In this document: positions 10,683 to 19,911 of the stretch, piece by piece
Layout of the letters: the number at the start of each line of letters is the position of its first letter
Numbering within the stretch: the first letter of the stretch is position 1
Source: an uncultured Gemmatimonadales bacterium
GTDB lineage: Bacteria > Gemmatimonadota > Gemmatimonadetes > Longimicrobiales > RSA9
Assembly: GCA_963798085.1 (NCBI GenBank)
Contig: CAWCRS010000003.1
Coordinates: 352,001 to 416,000, forward strand
DNA: 64,000 nucleotides
Direction of reading: 5' to 3'
The notes under the pieces: model-generated
Databases searched by the model: none
What the model saw: only the letters and a program-made list of their open reading frames with translations
Told to the model about the DNA's origin: nothing
Position numbers and translations under genes: made by a program

Positions 10683-10927
10683 CCGGCGGTTCCCGGGACT
10701 GACTTGGGGGTGCCGGGACTGACCGGAAGTTGCCGGGGACTGACCGGAAGTTGCCGCGGCTGACCGGAAGTTGCCCGAGACTGACCGGAAGTTGCCGGGA
10801 CTGACCGGAAGTTGCCGGGGCTGACCGGAAGTTGCCGGGACTGACCGGAAGTTGCCGCGGCTGACCGGAAGTTGCCCGGGGCTGACCGGAAGTTGCCCGG
10901 GACTGACTGGGGGTGCCGGGACTGACC
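10668..10927. repeat. Tandem repeat, about 12 units of 19-21 bp (CTGACCGGAAGTTGCCGGGA)
   Basis: Directly visible; the first unit supplies the TGA stop of the FDH alpha gene. Confidence 0.95.
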
Positions 10928-10968
10928 TGCGGTCGCTCGAAGCAAGCCGGCAGATGATAAGGCTCTGT

Positions 10969-11191
10969 TCGGCCGTTCCTGGCCGCGCGTTCCTCTTTGC
11001 CCATCGGATGTGCAGCTTCCGTTGCTCTGCATGGCACAGCCGGCCACAACCCAAGAACGCCAAGACGGTCCGACGGCGAGTGGGCGCAACCCGGCATGAA
11101 GCGGCGGGAATTCGCGCCACAAGCCGTGTTTTCGCCGGGAAACGGGTCATGTGGGTACGGCGCAGAACCCAAGAACGCCAAGACGGTCCGA
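10969..11191. repeat. Family A: one element with a degenerate left end plus a solo end
   Basis: AACCCAAGAACGCCAAGACGGTCCGA ending at 11073 and at 11191; decayed opposite end at about 10969. Confidence 0.75.
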
Positions 11192-11238
11192 GGGCGGCGG
11201 CGCCAGCATCAGCGTCGTCGCCCTCGAGCTTCCGGAGA

Positions 11239-13149
11239 TTACGGTGTGATCGTGCCGCTGCGGGATGCCATGGTCAGCACGATGCCATCGAGGAAGGTCG
11301 GCCCCAGCGTGCCGCCGCCGGTCCATGAGGAGCCGGTGTAGCTCCAGGTAGTGCTCGCCCCCGCGACCAGGCCCCATGCTGCCTGGAAGCCGGACAGGCC
11401 GCTCAGGTCCGCCATGGTGATGTCGAAGGCGGTGGAGCCGTTGAGGTACGCGGCCGAAACGGAGATGGAGACGGCGCGCGAGATGCCGCCGCTCGACTGA
11501 CCGAGCGCCACGCTCTGGTACTTGTTGTAGTCGCTCTCGATTGTGTGCTGCACACGCAGCCTTGCCGTGGGTGTGGCAGCGGCACTGGAGATTGTCACCG
11601 CGCCCATGGCCGCGCCGAAATTCAACGTCTTGTCCGCACCATCCTTCATGTAGGCGCCCACCGTGCGGGTGGTGGTCGGCGCAACGCCCGTCGAGGCGAT
11701 AGCGGTGACCAGGTGCAGGTCGCCTGTGATCGTGTTAGGCACGGTCGGGAACTGGTGCGTGGCCGCGGAGGATCCTGCCAGCTCGTTGAAGAGGATCCCG
11801 GTCGAGCCATTCGCTGTCAGGAAGGACTCGAGCACGATCGCCTGATCCGTGCCGAGCGCGCCCAGGGTCAGCGTCTTGGTGACGGGCGTGAAGCTCTCTG
11901 CCGCATTGAAATCGAAGACGGGCAGCGTGCTGCCGGTCGCCGGGTTGAGACCGCGGCGGATGATGCCCTTGTTCATCACCTGCGTGAAGCTGTTGCCCAC
12001 CTGCGTCTGCGTGACGCGGGAGGCGACGGCGTCGATCGTGCCATCCGGGACGTTCTGCACGCTGAACGTGTTGCCGGTCACCGGCAGCACGAAGGCGATG
12101 GCGCCACCGACGGAGATGTAGGCCACATCAGTGAGCGCCACGTTGGCGACGCTGCCGTTCACGGTCTTGGTCCCGGTGCTTGTGGTCTGGCAGGTGACGG
12201 CGCCCGTGTTCAGCTCCGCCTGCGTTCCATACATGTAGCTAGTCGTGTAATTGGTCGCCGTCGCCGTCACGGAAACAATGGCGCCGCGGCCGGAAGCGAG
12301 AGTGAACGTGATGGTGCCGTTGGTGATGGTGGCAACCGTGAACGGACCGTTGCCGTCCTGCACCGCGGCGAAGACGGGAATCGTGCCACACCACTTGAAC
12401 ACCGTGTTACCACCGCCCGTGCTGGCCGCTGTGACCTGGACGCTCAGCGTCGCCGTCCGATCAATGGTGCCCGAGGTGGCGTGCACCGTGAGCGTGTAGG
12501 TGTTGGCCGCGACGGCCGACGTGGCGGCCACGGTGATGCCGACGCTGCTGGCCGTCGTGCTCGTGGGATTGAAGGTGACGGTCATGCCGACGGGCGCGCC
12601 CGTCGCCGTGAAGGCGATGGAACCGGTGAAGCCGCCCGTGCGCGTGATGTTCGCCGTGCTGGTGCCCTGGTTGCCCTGCTGGAAATTCAGCGATGTGGGC
12701 GTGAGCGCGATGGTGTAGCTGCCCTGGGCACTGGCCGTGATGGTCAGCGTGAACGTGGCCGTCTGCTCCGTGACGCCCGAGCCGGTGGCGTGCACCGTCA
12801 CCGTGGCGCCGGCCGTGGCGGCGGCCGCGGCGGCGGCGGTGAACGTGATCGTGCTGGCACGCGTCCCGACCGGGATCACCGCGGGCGCCGCCGATGAGGT
12901 CACGTTGGCCGGCAGACCCGTGACGCTGATGGTGACGGAGCCGTCGAAGTTGCCGCCGCGCGTGATGTTCGCGGTCACCGTTCCGGCGGTCCCGCCCCCG
13001 ACCAGACTCAGTGTCGAAGACGAAAGCGAGAGGGTCAGCGTCCCGCCGCCGCCCTGGTTGTCCGGTCCGGTCGAATCCGATTTCTTGCATGCGCTGGCGA
13101 CGATCACGCCGGCCAGCACGATCCTTCCGAGCAGTCTGGTCCGCGACAC
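11239..13149 (-). CDS. Large Thr/Gly/Ser/Ala-rich surface lipoprotein with repeated Ig-like beta domains
   Basis: Lipobox VASAC after a signal peptide; two repeated domains (NITRGGNFDGSV / NITRTGGFTGSI); GGAG RBS before GTG. Confidence 0.82.
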   Translation of the reverse strand: MSRTRLLGRIVLAGVIVASACKKSDSTGPDNQGGGGTLTLSLSSSTLSLVGGGTAGTVTANITRGGNFDGSVTISVTGLPANVTSSAAPAVIPVGTRASTITFTAAAAAAATAGATVTVHATGSGVTEQTATFTLTITASAQGSYTIALTPTSLNFQQGNQGTSTANITRTGGFTGSIAFTATGAPVGMTVTFNPTSTTASSVGITVAATSAVAANTYTLTVHATSGTIDRTATLSVQVTAASTGGGNTVFKWCGTIPVFAAVQDGNGPFTVATITNGTITFTLASGRGAIVSVTATATNYTTSYMYGTQAELNTGAVTCQTTSTGTKTVNGSVANVALTDVAYISVGGAIAFVLPVTGNTFSVQNVPDGTIDAVASRVTQTQVGNSFTQVMNKGIIRRGLNPATGSTLPVFDFNAAESFTPVTKTLTLGALGTDQAIVLESFLTANGSTGILFNELAGSSAATHQFPTVPNTITGDLHLVTAIASTGVAPTTTRTVGAYMKDGADKTLNFGAAMGAVTISSAAATPTARLRVQHTIESDYNKYQSVALGQSSGGISRAVSISVSAAYLNGSTAFDITMADLSGLSGFQAAWGLVAGASTTWSYTGSSWTGGGTLGPTFLDGIVLTMASRSGTITP

Positions 13150-13396
13150 GGTTTCTCCTTGGCTGAGTGCGTCGGTTGGTGGGTCGGGTTGCGACAGGGC
13201 TTGCGTCCGTCCCTCTCGCTCGCTTCGCCGGCCCCGTGGCCGACCCCTGCGATCACCCGGTGCTGGCGCGCAAGCTACGCGCGCGCGTCATTCTGCGGGT
13301 CACAAGCGGATCAACTCGACAAGCTATGCGAATTTTCCGGGGCGTTGCCGTCACCCATTCGCGCGGGCGCCGGCTGCGACGCTAGATTGCGCCGCC

Positions 13397-14335
13397 ATGA
13401 GCACCATCCGAGAGCGCGTGTCGGTCCTGGAGGAGGCGGCAGCGGCGCAGGGACCGGCCGGTGGCTGGACCCGCCTGCGCTCGCTGGTTCGGCCGTTCTG
13501 GGAGCTGACCAAACCGGGGATTACCCGCCTCGTCGTCTTCACTTCCGGCGCCGGCTTCTATCTGGCATCGCGCGGTCCGCTCGAGTGGCTGACGCTCCTC
13601 AACATGCTGTTCGGCACCGCGCTCGTCGCCAGCGGCGCCAATGCCCTGAACCAGTACGCCGAACGCGACGCCAATGCGCTCATGCGCAGGACGGCGCGCC
13701 GGCCGCTGCCCTCGGGCCGCCTCGGTTCGGCCGAGGCGCTGATCTTCGCGGTTTCCATCGCGTTCATTGGCCTGGTGCACCTGTGGTTCCTGGTGAACCC
13801 GGTGACCGCCGGCGTCGTGCTGGCCAGCCTGCTGAGCTATCTGCTGGTGTACACGCCGCTCAAGCGGCGTACATGGTGGGCGACGCTGGCCGGTGCCGTG
13901 CCCGGCGCACTTCCAGCACTTGCGGGTTGGACGGCCGCCACGGGACGGATCGGCGCGGGCGGACTCGCGCTCTTCGGCATCGTCTTCGTGTGGCAGATGC
14001 CGCACTTCTTCGCGCTGGGCTGGATGTACCGCGAGGATTACGAGCGCGGCGGCTTCCGCATGCTGAGCCGTTTCGATCCGACGGGTATCCGCACCGGCCG
14101 GCAGACCGTGCTTTACACGATGGCGCTGTTGCCGGTCAGCCTGCTGCCCTCATTCCTGGGCGTGACCGGCAGGCTCTACGCCATGGGCGCGGTACTGCTG
14201 GGTCTGGGCTTTCTCGGACTCGGCCTGACCCTGCTCTCGGATCGCGCCCGCGGGCAGGCCCGGCGCGTCTTCGTCGGCTCGATCCTCTACCTGCCTGCGC
14301 TGCTGGCCCTCATGATGATCGACCGCGCCGGCTGA
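13397..14335 (+). CDS. cyoE: Protoheme IX farnesyltransferase (heme O synthase)
   Basis: ELTKPGIT, NQYAERDANALMRRTARRPLPSG, YTPLKR, WQMPHF, YREDY. Confidence 0.93.
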   Translation: MSTIRERVSVLEEAAAAQGPAGGWTRLRSLVRPFWELTKPGITRLVVFTSGAGFYLASRGPLEWLTLLNMLFGTALVASGANALNQYAERDANALMRRTARRPLPSGRLGSAEALIFAVSIAFIGLVHLWFLVNPVTAGVVLASLLSYLLVYTPLKRRTWWATLAGAVPGALPALAGWTAATGRIGAGGLALFGIVFVWQMPHFFALGWMYREDYERGGFRMLSRFDPTGIRTGRQTVLYTMALLPVSLLPSFLGVTGRLYAMGAVLLGLGFLGLGLTLLSDRARGQARRVFVGSILYLPALLALMMIDRAG

Positions 14336-14404
14336 CACCGCCAGGACCTCAGCCCGCTCCAACCAGCCCAACCCCGTTCAAGGCTATCCGACCGTTGTTG
14401 ATGG

Positions 14405-14702
14405 TCGGACCGTCTTGGCGTTCTTTCCTTTCGGCTTGAACCGCTATCCTGCCGACTCGCACCACCATGCAAACTGGTCAGTCGATAACGGCCTGCGTCG
14501 TCGGCATGTCCCGTAGTGGCACAACGCAAGAACGCAAAGACGGTCCGAAAAAACTGCTTCGGACCGTCTTGCCGTTCTTTCCTTTCGGCCGGAACCGCTA
14601 TCCTGCCGACTCGCACCACCATGCAAACTGGTCAGTCGATAACGGCCTGCGTCGTCGGCATGTCCCGGGGTGGCACAACGCAAGAACGCAAAGACGGTCC
14701 GA
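14405..14702. repeat. Family A: two tandem 144-bp copies (14405-14548, 14559-14702)
   Basis: Near-identical direct duplication with a 154-bp period, between convergent cyoE and ggt. Confidence 0.92.
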
Positions 14703-14707
14703 TGCCC

Positions 14708-16573
14708 CTACCACGCGACACCATAGTCCTCGCCGTGGTTGCTGGAGCCGCCCCAGAACGTGCCGTGCGCCCAGTCGAAGAAGATGCCGTTGATGGGCCC
14801 GGAGGTGATGTCGCCGGTCTCGATGCGGTAGCCCATGCGGCGCAGCTCTGCCTGTACCCAGGGCGGCGTCGCGGCCTGCACCAGCAGGCGGCCGGGCTCG
14901 GCGACATGCGCGCCGAATGAGGAGCGCATCTGGTAGCTGTTGATATTGGCCGCTTCCGCCGCCTGCTGCGCGTTCATGCCGAACTCGACGACGTTCAGGA
15001 AGAACTGCAGCAGGTTCTGATCCTGGCTGTCGCCACCCTGCACGGCGAAGGACAGAAAGGGTCGGCCATCCTTGAGCGCCAAACTCGGTGTCAGAGTGAC
15101 GCGCGGTCGCTTGCCTGGCTCGACCACGTTGTAAGGTCCCTCGGCGGGATCGGTCACGAACGACTGCATGCGTTGCGATAGACCCACCCCTGTGTGTCCC
15201 GCAATTACCGCGGGTACCCAGCCACCACTTGGCGTCACGGATACCACCCAGCCTTCCTCATCCGCGGCCTGCACCAATGTAGTGCCGGCGTAGAACGCGT
15301 CGAGGAACGCGGAATCCTCCGCCGTGCCCGCCTGTGTCGCCGTGGTTTTCCGGCCCCAGGCCTGCAGATAGTTCTGGAAGGGATTGGTGCCACCCTGGTA
15401 CGGATACGGATCACCGGGCCCGATGTCAGCGGTGTTGTGATTGTCATTGATCAGCTTGGCGCGCTCGCGCGCGTAATCCTTGGAAAGCAGGCCCTTGATG
15501 GGCTCATCCGGCGGAAAGTAGGGATCGCCGTAGTAGAAATCGCGATCGGCGAACGCCAGACTCATGGCCTGATATATCGTGTTAATGTAGCGCGCGCTGT
15601 TGTAGCCCATCGACTTGATGTCGAAGTTCTCGAGGATGTTCAGCGTCTGCAGCAGCGCCGGTCCCTGTGTCCAGCGATCCAGCTTGTAGACCTCGATGCC
15701 CTTGTACGTCGTCATGACCGGCTCTTCAATGCGAACCTTCCAGTTCGCAAGGTCCTGCAGCGTGAAGAGACCGCCCTGCTCGCGCACGCTGCGCACGATC
15801 TCCTGCGCGATGTCGCCCGTGTAGAAGCGGTCGTACGCGGCGTAGATGGCTTCCTTGCGACTCTTTCCCTGCGCCAGCGCCTGCTTCTCCGCATCCACGA
15901 GCTTGCGCAGCGTCACTGCCAGGTCGGGCTGGCGGAAGACTTCGCCGGCGTTGGGCGCTTCGCGCGGCTCGCCCGGATGCGTGAGGAAGAGCGCCTTCGA
16001 ATACGGCCATTGTTTGATCCACGACTTGTTGGTCTCGATCGAGTTCGCGGTCTGGGCTTCGATGGGATAGCCGTCCGCCATCTGGATCGCGGGCGCAAGC
16101 ACGTCGGCCAGACTCAACTTCCCCCATTCGGCGACCAGCGTGAAGATGCCGCCCGGCGTCCCCGGCGTGACCGCCGCGAGCGGGCCGTACTCGGGGGGGT
16201 ACTTCAGGCCTTTGCCCTTGAAGAATTCCGCGGTGGCGCCCGTGGGCGCGACGCCCAGCGCATTGAGCGCGATGACCTTCTTCGTGTGCGGGTTGTAGAT
16301 CAATGCCTGCGTCTCGCCGCCCCACGACAGCACATCCCACATGGTCGTGGTTGCCGCGATCATCGCAGCCGCCGCGTCCACCGCATTGCCGCCCCTCTGG
16401 AAGGTCATGGCGCCCGCCGTCGCCGCGAGCGGCTTGCCCGTTATGGCCATCCAGTGGCGCCCGTGCAGCACGGGCTTCGCCGTCTTCTGCGCCACCAGCG
16501 CGGTCGGCGTACTCACGAGCACCAGTCCGACGAACGGGCCGATCGCGGCACGCCAGCGAGTGCGCGCGACCAC
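14708..16573 (-). CDS. ggt: Gamma-glutamyltransferase family protein, secreted
   Basis: GGNAVDAAAA, SWGGE, PGTPGG, AFADRDFYYGDP, nucleophile region GTTLVQAAD, PGKRPRVTLTP, QGGDSQDQ; signal peptide. Start codon approximate. Confidence 0.9.
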   Translation of the reverse strand: MVARTRWRAAIGPFVGLVLVSTPTALVAQKTAKPVLHGRHWMAITGKPLAATAGAMTFQRGGNAVDAAAAMIAATTTMWDVLSWGGETQALIYNPHTKKVIALNALGVAPTGATAEFFKGKGLKYPPEYGPLAAVTPGTPGGIFTLVAEWGKLSLADVLAPAIQMADGYPIEAQTANSIETNKSWIKQWPYSKALFLTHPGEPREAPNAGEVFRQPDLAVTLRKLVDAEKQALAQGKSRKEAIYAAYDRFYTGDIAQEIVRSVREQGGLFTLQDLANWKVRIEEPVMTTYKGIEVYKLDRWTQGPALLQTLNILENFDIKSMGYNSARYINTIYQAMSLAFADRDFYYGDPYFPPDEPIKGLLSKDYARERAKLINDNHNTADIGPGDPYPYQGGTNPFQNYLQAWGRKTTATQAGTAEDSAFLDAFYAGTTLVQAADEEGWVVSVTPSGGWVPAVIAGHTGVGLSQRMQSFVTDPAEGPYNVVEPGKRPRVTLTPSLALKDGRPFLSFAVQGGDSQDQNLLQFFLNVVEFGMNAQQAAEAANINSYQMRSSFGAHVAEPGRLLVQAATPPWVQAELRRMGYRIETGDITSGPINGIFFDWAHGTFWGGSSNHGEDYGVAW

Positions 16574-16896
16574 CCGAGCCTCAGGATGCGTGGCCGAGGG
16601 AAAGGGAGGCGCGGTCCGTTGCCCGCGGACCCGGGCGCATGACAGGCGCCCGTCACGATGGCTGATGGAATGCGCACGATGGGAGCGCATGATACCTCCG
16701 CGGGACCGAGGAGCGCGGCAACATCCATGGCAGCAGATTGCCCCGCTCGCCAGCCACGCACAAGAGCCGGGACCCTGTCACTGGCAGGCTGCGGTACGAC
16801 AAGCGATCGCGACCGTACGCGCATTCCTGGTTGCGCCGATGCGCCATGCCGCTTCAGACCGTCCCGGCGTCCTGGGTGCCGGCGGTACCGGTCGCT

Positions 16897-17039
16897 TCGG
16901 ACCGTCTTGCCGTTCTTGGGTTGTGCGCCGCGCAGTCATGGCGGCGACTCACTGGCACATGGAATCGTCAAGCGGATCGCTACAGCGGGCGCCGACCTGT
17001 CTGCTCGAGCTGAAACGAAAGAATGCAAAGACGGTCCGA
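16897..17039. repeat. Family A element (143 bp)
   Basis: TCGGACCGTCTTGCCGTTCTT ... AAGAATGCAAAGACGGTCCGA. Confidence 0.88.
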
Positions 17040-17090
17040 TGCGCTATGTCGCTCCCCATGTCGGCCCGATGATGTGGTCAGCTGATGTGG

Positions 17091-18023
17091 TTAGCGCGGC
17101 GACCTGCCCTGTACGTATGGCAGATCGCGCGTACCCCAGTCGTGCCAGGAGCCATCGTAGAATTTCATGTCATAGCCGAGCATGCGGCCCACGAAGTAGT
17201 CCAGGCTGGCGCGTGCGCCAATCATGCAGTAGGCGACGACTGTCTTCGCCTTGTCGGCCCCGGCTCCGGCGAATTTCGCATGCAGTGCGTCGGGCGCGAG
17301 AAAGCCCGGGTCATCCTTCTGTGAGTGAACCAGCTGCTCCCAGTAGAGCTGCACGGCGCCCGGAATGTGACCGGGATGCGCCATGCCACCCATGCCGCCG
17401 TCCGCACCGGTGTACTCGTCGTCCGGTCTTGCATCCAGCAGCAGCGTGCTCGTGTCGCTCAGTCTGCCCTTGATGTATTCGGCATCGACCAGCATGCCGG
17501 GGCGCGTGCTCCCGGTCAGCCTGCCGGTATCGACCTCGGGCAGCGCCTGCGTGAGTGGCCGCTTCTCCGCGATCCAGCGCTGCAGTCCGCCATCCAGGAT
17601 GCTGGCGTCATCGCCCTTCGATATGTAATCCAGTGTTAGCCAGAGTCGTGTCGCCGCCAATGGATTACGGCTGTAGACGACGATGCGTCGTCCATCCGCG
17701 ACGCCCGCTCTTTCCAGCGTCTGGACGATCGCGGCGACGGGCGGGAGCTCGTAGCCGACGTGCGTCTCACCGTCCACGACGTAGTCGGAGGTCGACAGAA
17801 AGACTGCGCCCGGGATGTGACTGCCATCGTATTCTGTCCGCGACGGATCCGTGTGGATGATGACCACGTTCGGGTCGTTGAGGTGCTGGGCCAGCCAGGC
17901 CGTTGTGACCAGCATTCGTGGGTGCGCCACTGCAGGTGCGGTCTGGGCGCGGCCGCCCGCGGCCCCCGCGAACAGGAACGCCAGAACCGACCACACGCAG
18001 ATCCCTCGACGCGCAACTGTCAT
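17091..18023 (-). CDS. Tandem-domain rhodanese / sulfurtransferase with signal peptide
   Basis: LVTTAWL, HIPGA twice, LDGGLQRW, LLDAR, active-site loop YCMIGARAS, YDGSW. Confidence 0.9.
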   Translation of the reverse strand: MTVARRGICVWSVLAFLFAGAAGGRAQTAPAVAHPRMLVTTAWLAQHLNDPNVVIIHTDPSRTEYDGSHIPGAVFLSTSDYVVDGETHVGYELPPVAAIVQTLERAGVADGRRIVVYSRNPLAATRLWLTLDYISKGDDASILDGGLQRWIAEKRPLTQALPEVDTGRLTGSTRPGMLVDAEYIKGRLSDTSTLLLDARPDDEYTGADGGMGGMAHPGHIPGAVQLYWEQLVHSQKDDPGFLAPDALHAKFAGAGADKAKTVVAYCMIGARASLDYFVGRMLGYDMKFYDGSWHDWGTRDLPYVQGRSPR

Positions 18024-18227
18024 GACCCCTCCGAGGCAATCAACCGATGCCGACAATGTACGATGCCCTGCCTCCCGCGAGGCGACGAATTGCGTGTGCG
18101 ATCTGTGCAGGATCGGCAAACGGACCGCGGCAAACTTGCGTTGTGCGCCATCGGCGCATGCCCGGCCGGGTGAAAACCAGGTCGGCTCTGGCGTGGTTAC
18201 GCCAATCTCGGGGTGAAAGCCAACTTT

Positions 18228-18394
18228 CCGGACCGTCTTGGCGTTCTTGGGTTTGTTCCATTCCGCCATGGGTGAAACGCTGCCGACCCCGGGGAACGCG
18301 TCAGGCCAATAGCCGGGCGGCGACTTGCGCATGGCCGCCTGCGCCATCTGGATCGCCGTGGCGGGCCACAGCCAAGAACGCCAAGACGGTCCGG
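18228..18394. repeat. Family A element (167 bp variant)
   Basis: CCGGACCGTCTTGGCGTTCTTGG ... CCAAGAACGCCAAGACGGTCCGG. Confidence 0.88.
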
Positions 18395-18406
18395 AATCTG
18401 GACGCG

Positions 18407-19621
18407 TCAGCTCGTCTTCCGGCCGTCCAGCTCTTCGATCGTCTTCGTGGAGGGGCCGCGCTGCTTCTGCAGGCGGCTGGCGACGGACTCGGCCTGGCGC
18501 CACACGCGCAGGATGTTCTCGCCCGCCAGCTTGCGCAGGTCGGTCTCGCTCCAGCCTCGCCTGGCCAGCTCGGCGAACAGCGCCGGGAACTTCGATACGT
18601 CTTCCAGGCCCACGGGCACGGACGTGATGCCATCGAAATCGCTGCCGATGCCCACGTGATCGGCGCCGGCCACCTGTTTGATGTGGTCGATGTGATCGGC
18701 CACGTCCTGCAGCGTCGCCTGCGGACGGGGCGTGTTGGCGCGCTGCGCCTCGGGCAGCGCCTCCCAGTCCTTCACTGCGTTGTTCACGAAGCCCGGCACG
18801 AATGTCACCATCACAATGCCGCCGTTCTGCGGCAGGCGGCGCAGGATGTCGTCGGGCACGTTGCGGCCGTGCTCGACGAGCGCCCTTGCCGCCGCGTGCG
18901 ACCAGATGACGGGCGCCTCCGACACATCCAGCGCATCGCGCATGGTTTCAGGTGAGGTGTGCGCCAGGTCGACGAGCATGCCCAGGCGGTTCATCTCGCG
19001 CACTACTTCCTTGCCGAACTCGGTGAGGCCGTGGTGCAGGGGCGTGTCCGTGCCGGCATCGGCCCAGTCGATGTTGGCGGTGTGCGTGAGCGTCATGTAC
19101 CGCGCGCCCATGTCGTAGAACGCGCGCAGTGCGCCCAGCGAATTCTCAATGGCGTGGCCGCCCTCCATGCCTATCACGGACGCCACCTTGCCCGCCTTGA
19201 ACGCCTGCATGACCGCGGCCGGCGAAAGCGTCTCCTGGAACACGTCGGGATAGCGGGCAAACACCTGCTTAGCAATGTCCATCTGCTCCAGCTGCATCTT
19301 CGCCGCGCCTTCCTGCACGCTGGTCGCGGGGATGTAGACGGACCAGAACTGCGCGCCCACCATGCCGGCCCGCAGCCGCGCGATGTCGGTGTGACCGGGC
19401 GCCGTGCCGCGCAGGTCGTAGGCGTTCACGTTGCGCGGTGCGTCCTTGAATTCACGGATCGCCCACGGCAGATCGTTGTGGCCATCGAACAACGGAGTCT
19501 CGGATAGCACGCGCTTCGCCTTTTCCATGTTGGGGTCCCTGCGGGATTGCTGCGCAGCCACCTGACCGAACGCGACGGCGCCCTGCGCCGCGAGGATGAC
19601 GAACAACGCGGCGATTCGCAT
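18407..19621 (-). CDS. Membrane dipeptidase (peptidase M19), secreted
   Basis: DGHNDLPW, GAQFWSVY, MEGGH, YMTLTH, EMNRLGMLVD, RNVPD, GIGSDFDG. Confidence 0.93.
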   Translation of the reverse strand: MRIAALFVILAAQGAVAFGQVAAQQSRRDPNMEKAKRVLSETPLFDGHNDLPWAIREFKDAPRNVNAYDLRGTAPGHTDIARLRAGMVGAQFWSVYIPATSVQEGAAKMQLEQMDIAKQVFARYPDVFQETLSPAAVMQAFKAGKVASVIGMEGGHAIENSLGALRAFYDMGARYMTLTHTANIDWADAGTDTPLHHGLTEFGKEVVREMNRLGMLVDLAHTSPETMRDALDVSEAPVIWSHAAARALVEHGRNVPDDILRRLPQNGGIVMVTFVPGFVNNAVKDWEALPEAQRANTPRPQATLQDVADHIDHIKQVAGADHVGIGSDFDGITSVPVGLEDVSKFPALFAELARRGWSETDLRKLAGENILRVWRQAESVASRLQKQRGPSTKTIEELDGRKTS

Positions 19622-19911
19622 CTCGCTTCTCCGGATTGCCTGGCCCAGCGTACTCACGGTTCATCCCGTGCCCGCGGAATGTGGCCACGAAGCCGGCGGC
19701 GCGCAATTGACGCGGACAGGGAAGCGTCGCACACTTTGCCCGACCCGCAGCCGCTCACGGGCCCGCACACGAACGCACCGCTGCGCCCGCATCGTGCGTC
19801 TGGATGCGGATCCCGCCGACGCGAGGCGCCACGCATCGAAGGCGCGAGCCTGCCGGACAACGCGGGTACACCAACGCCACGATTGCTTCAGCCACACACA
19901 CGAGAAGGTTC

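Noticed and set aside
10668..10927. CRISPR array or repeat-protein ORFs (10296-11181 minus strand)
   Set aside because: Head-to-tail 19-21-bp units with no spacers; the ORFs are read-through of the repeat in several frames.
14405..14702. Family A as a peptide-coding repeat (144 bp = 48 codons)
   Set aside because: Stops occur in some copies in the best-looking frame, there is no consistent start or RBS, and conservation is dyad-symmetric rather than codon-patterned.
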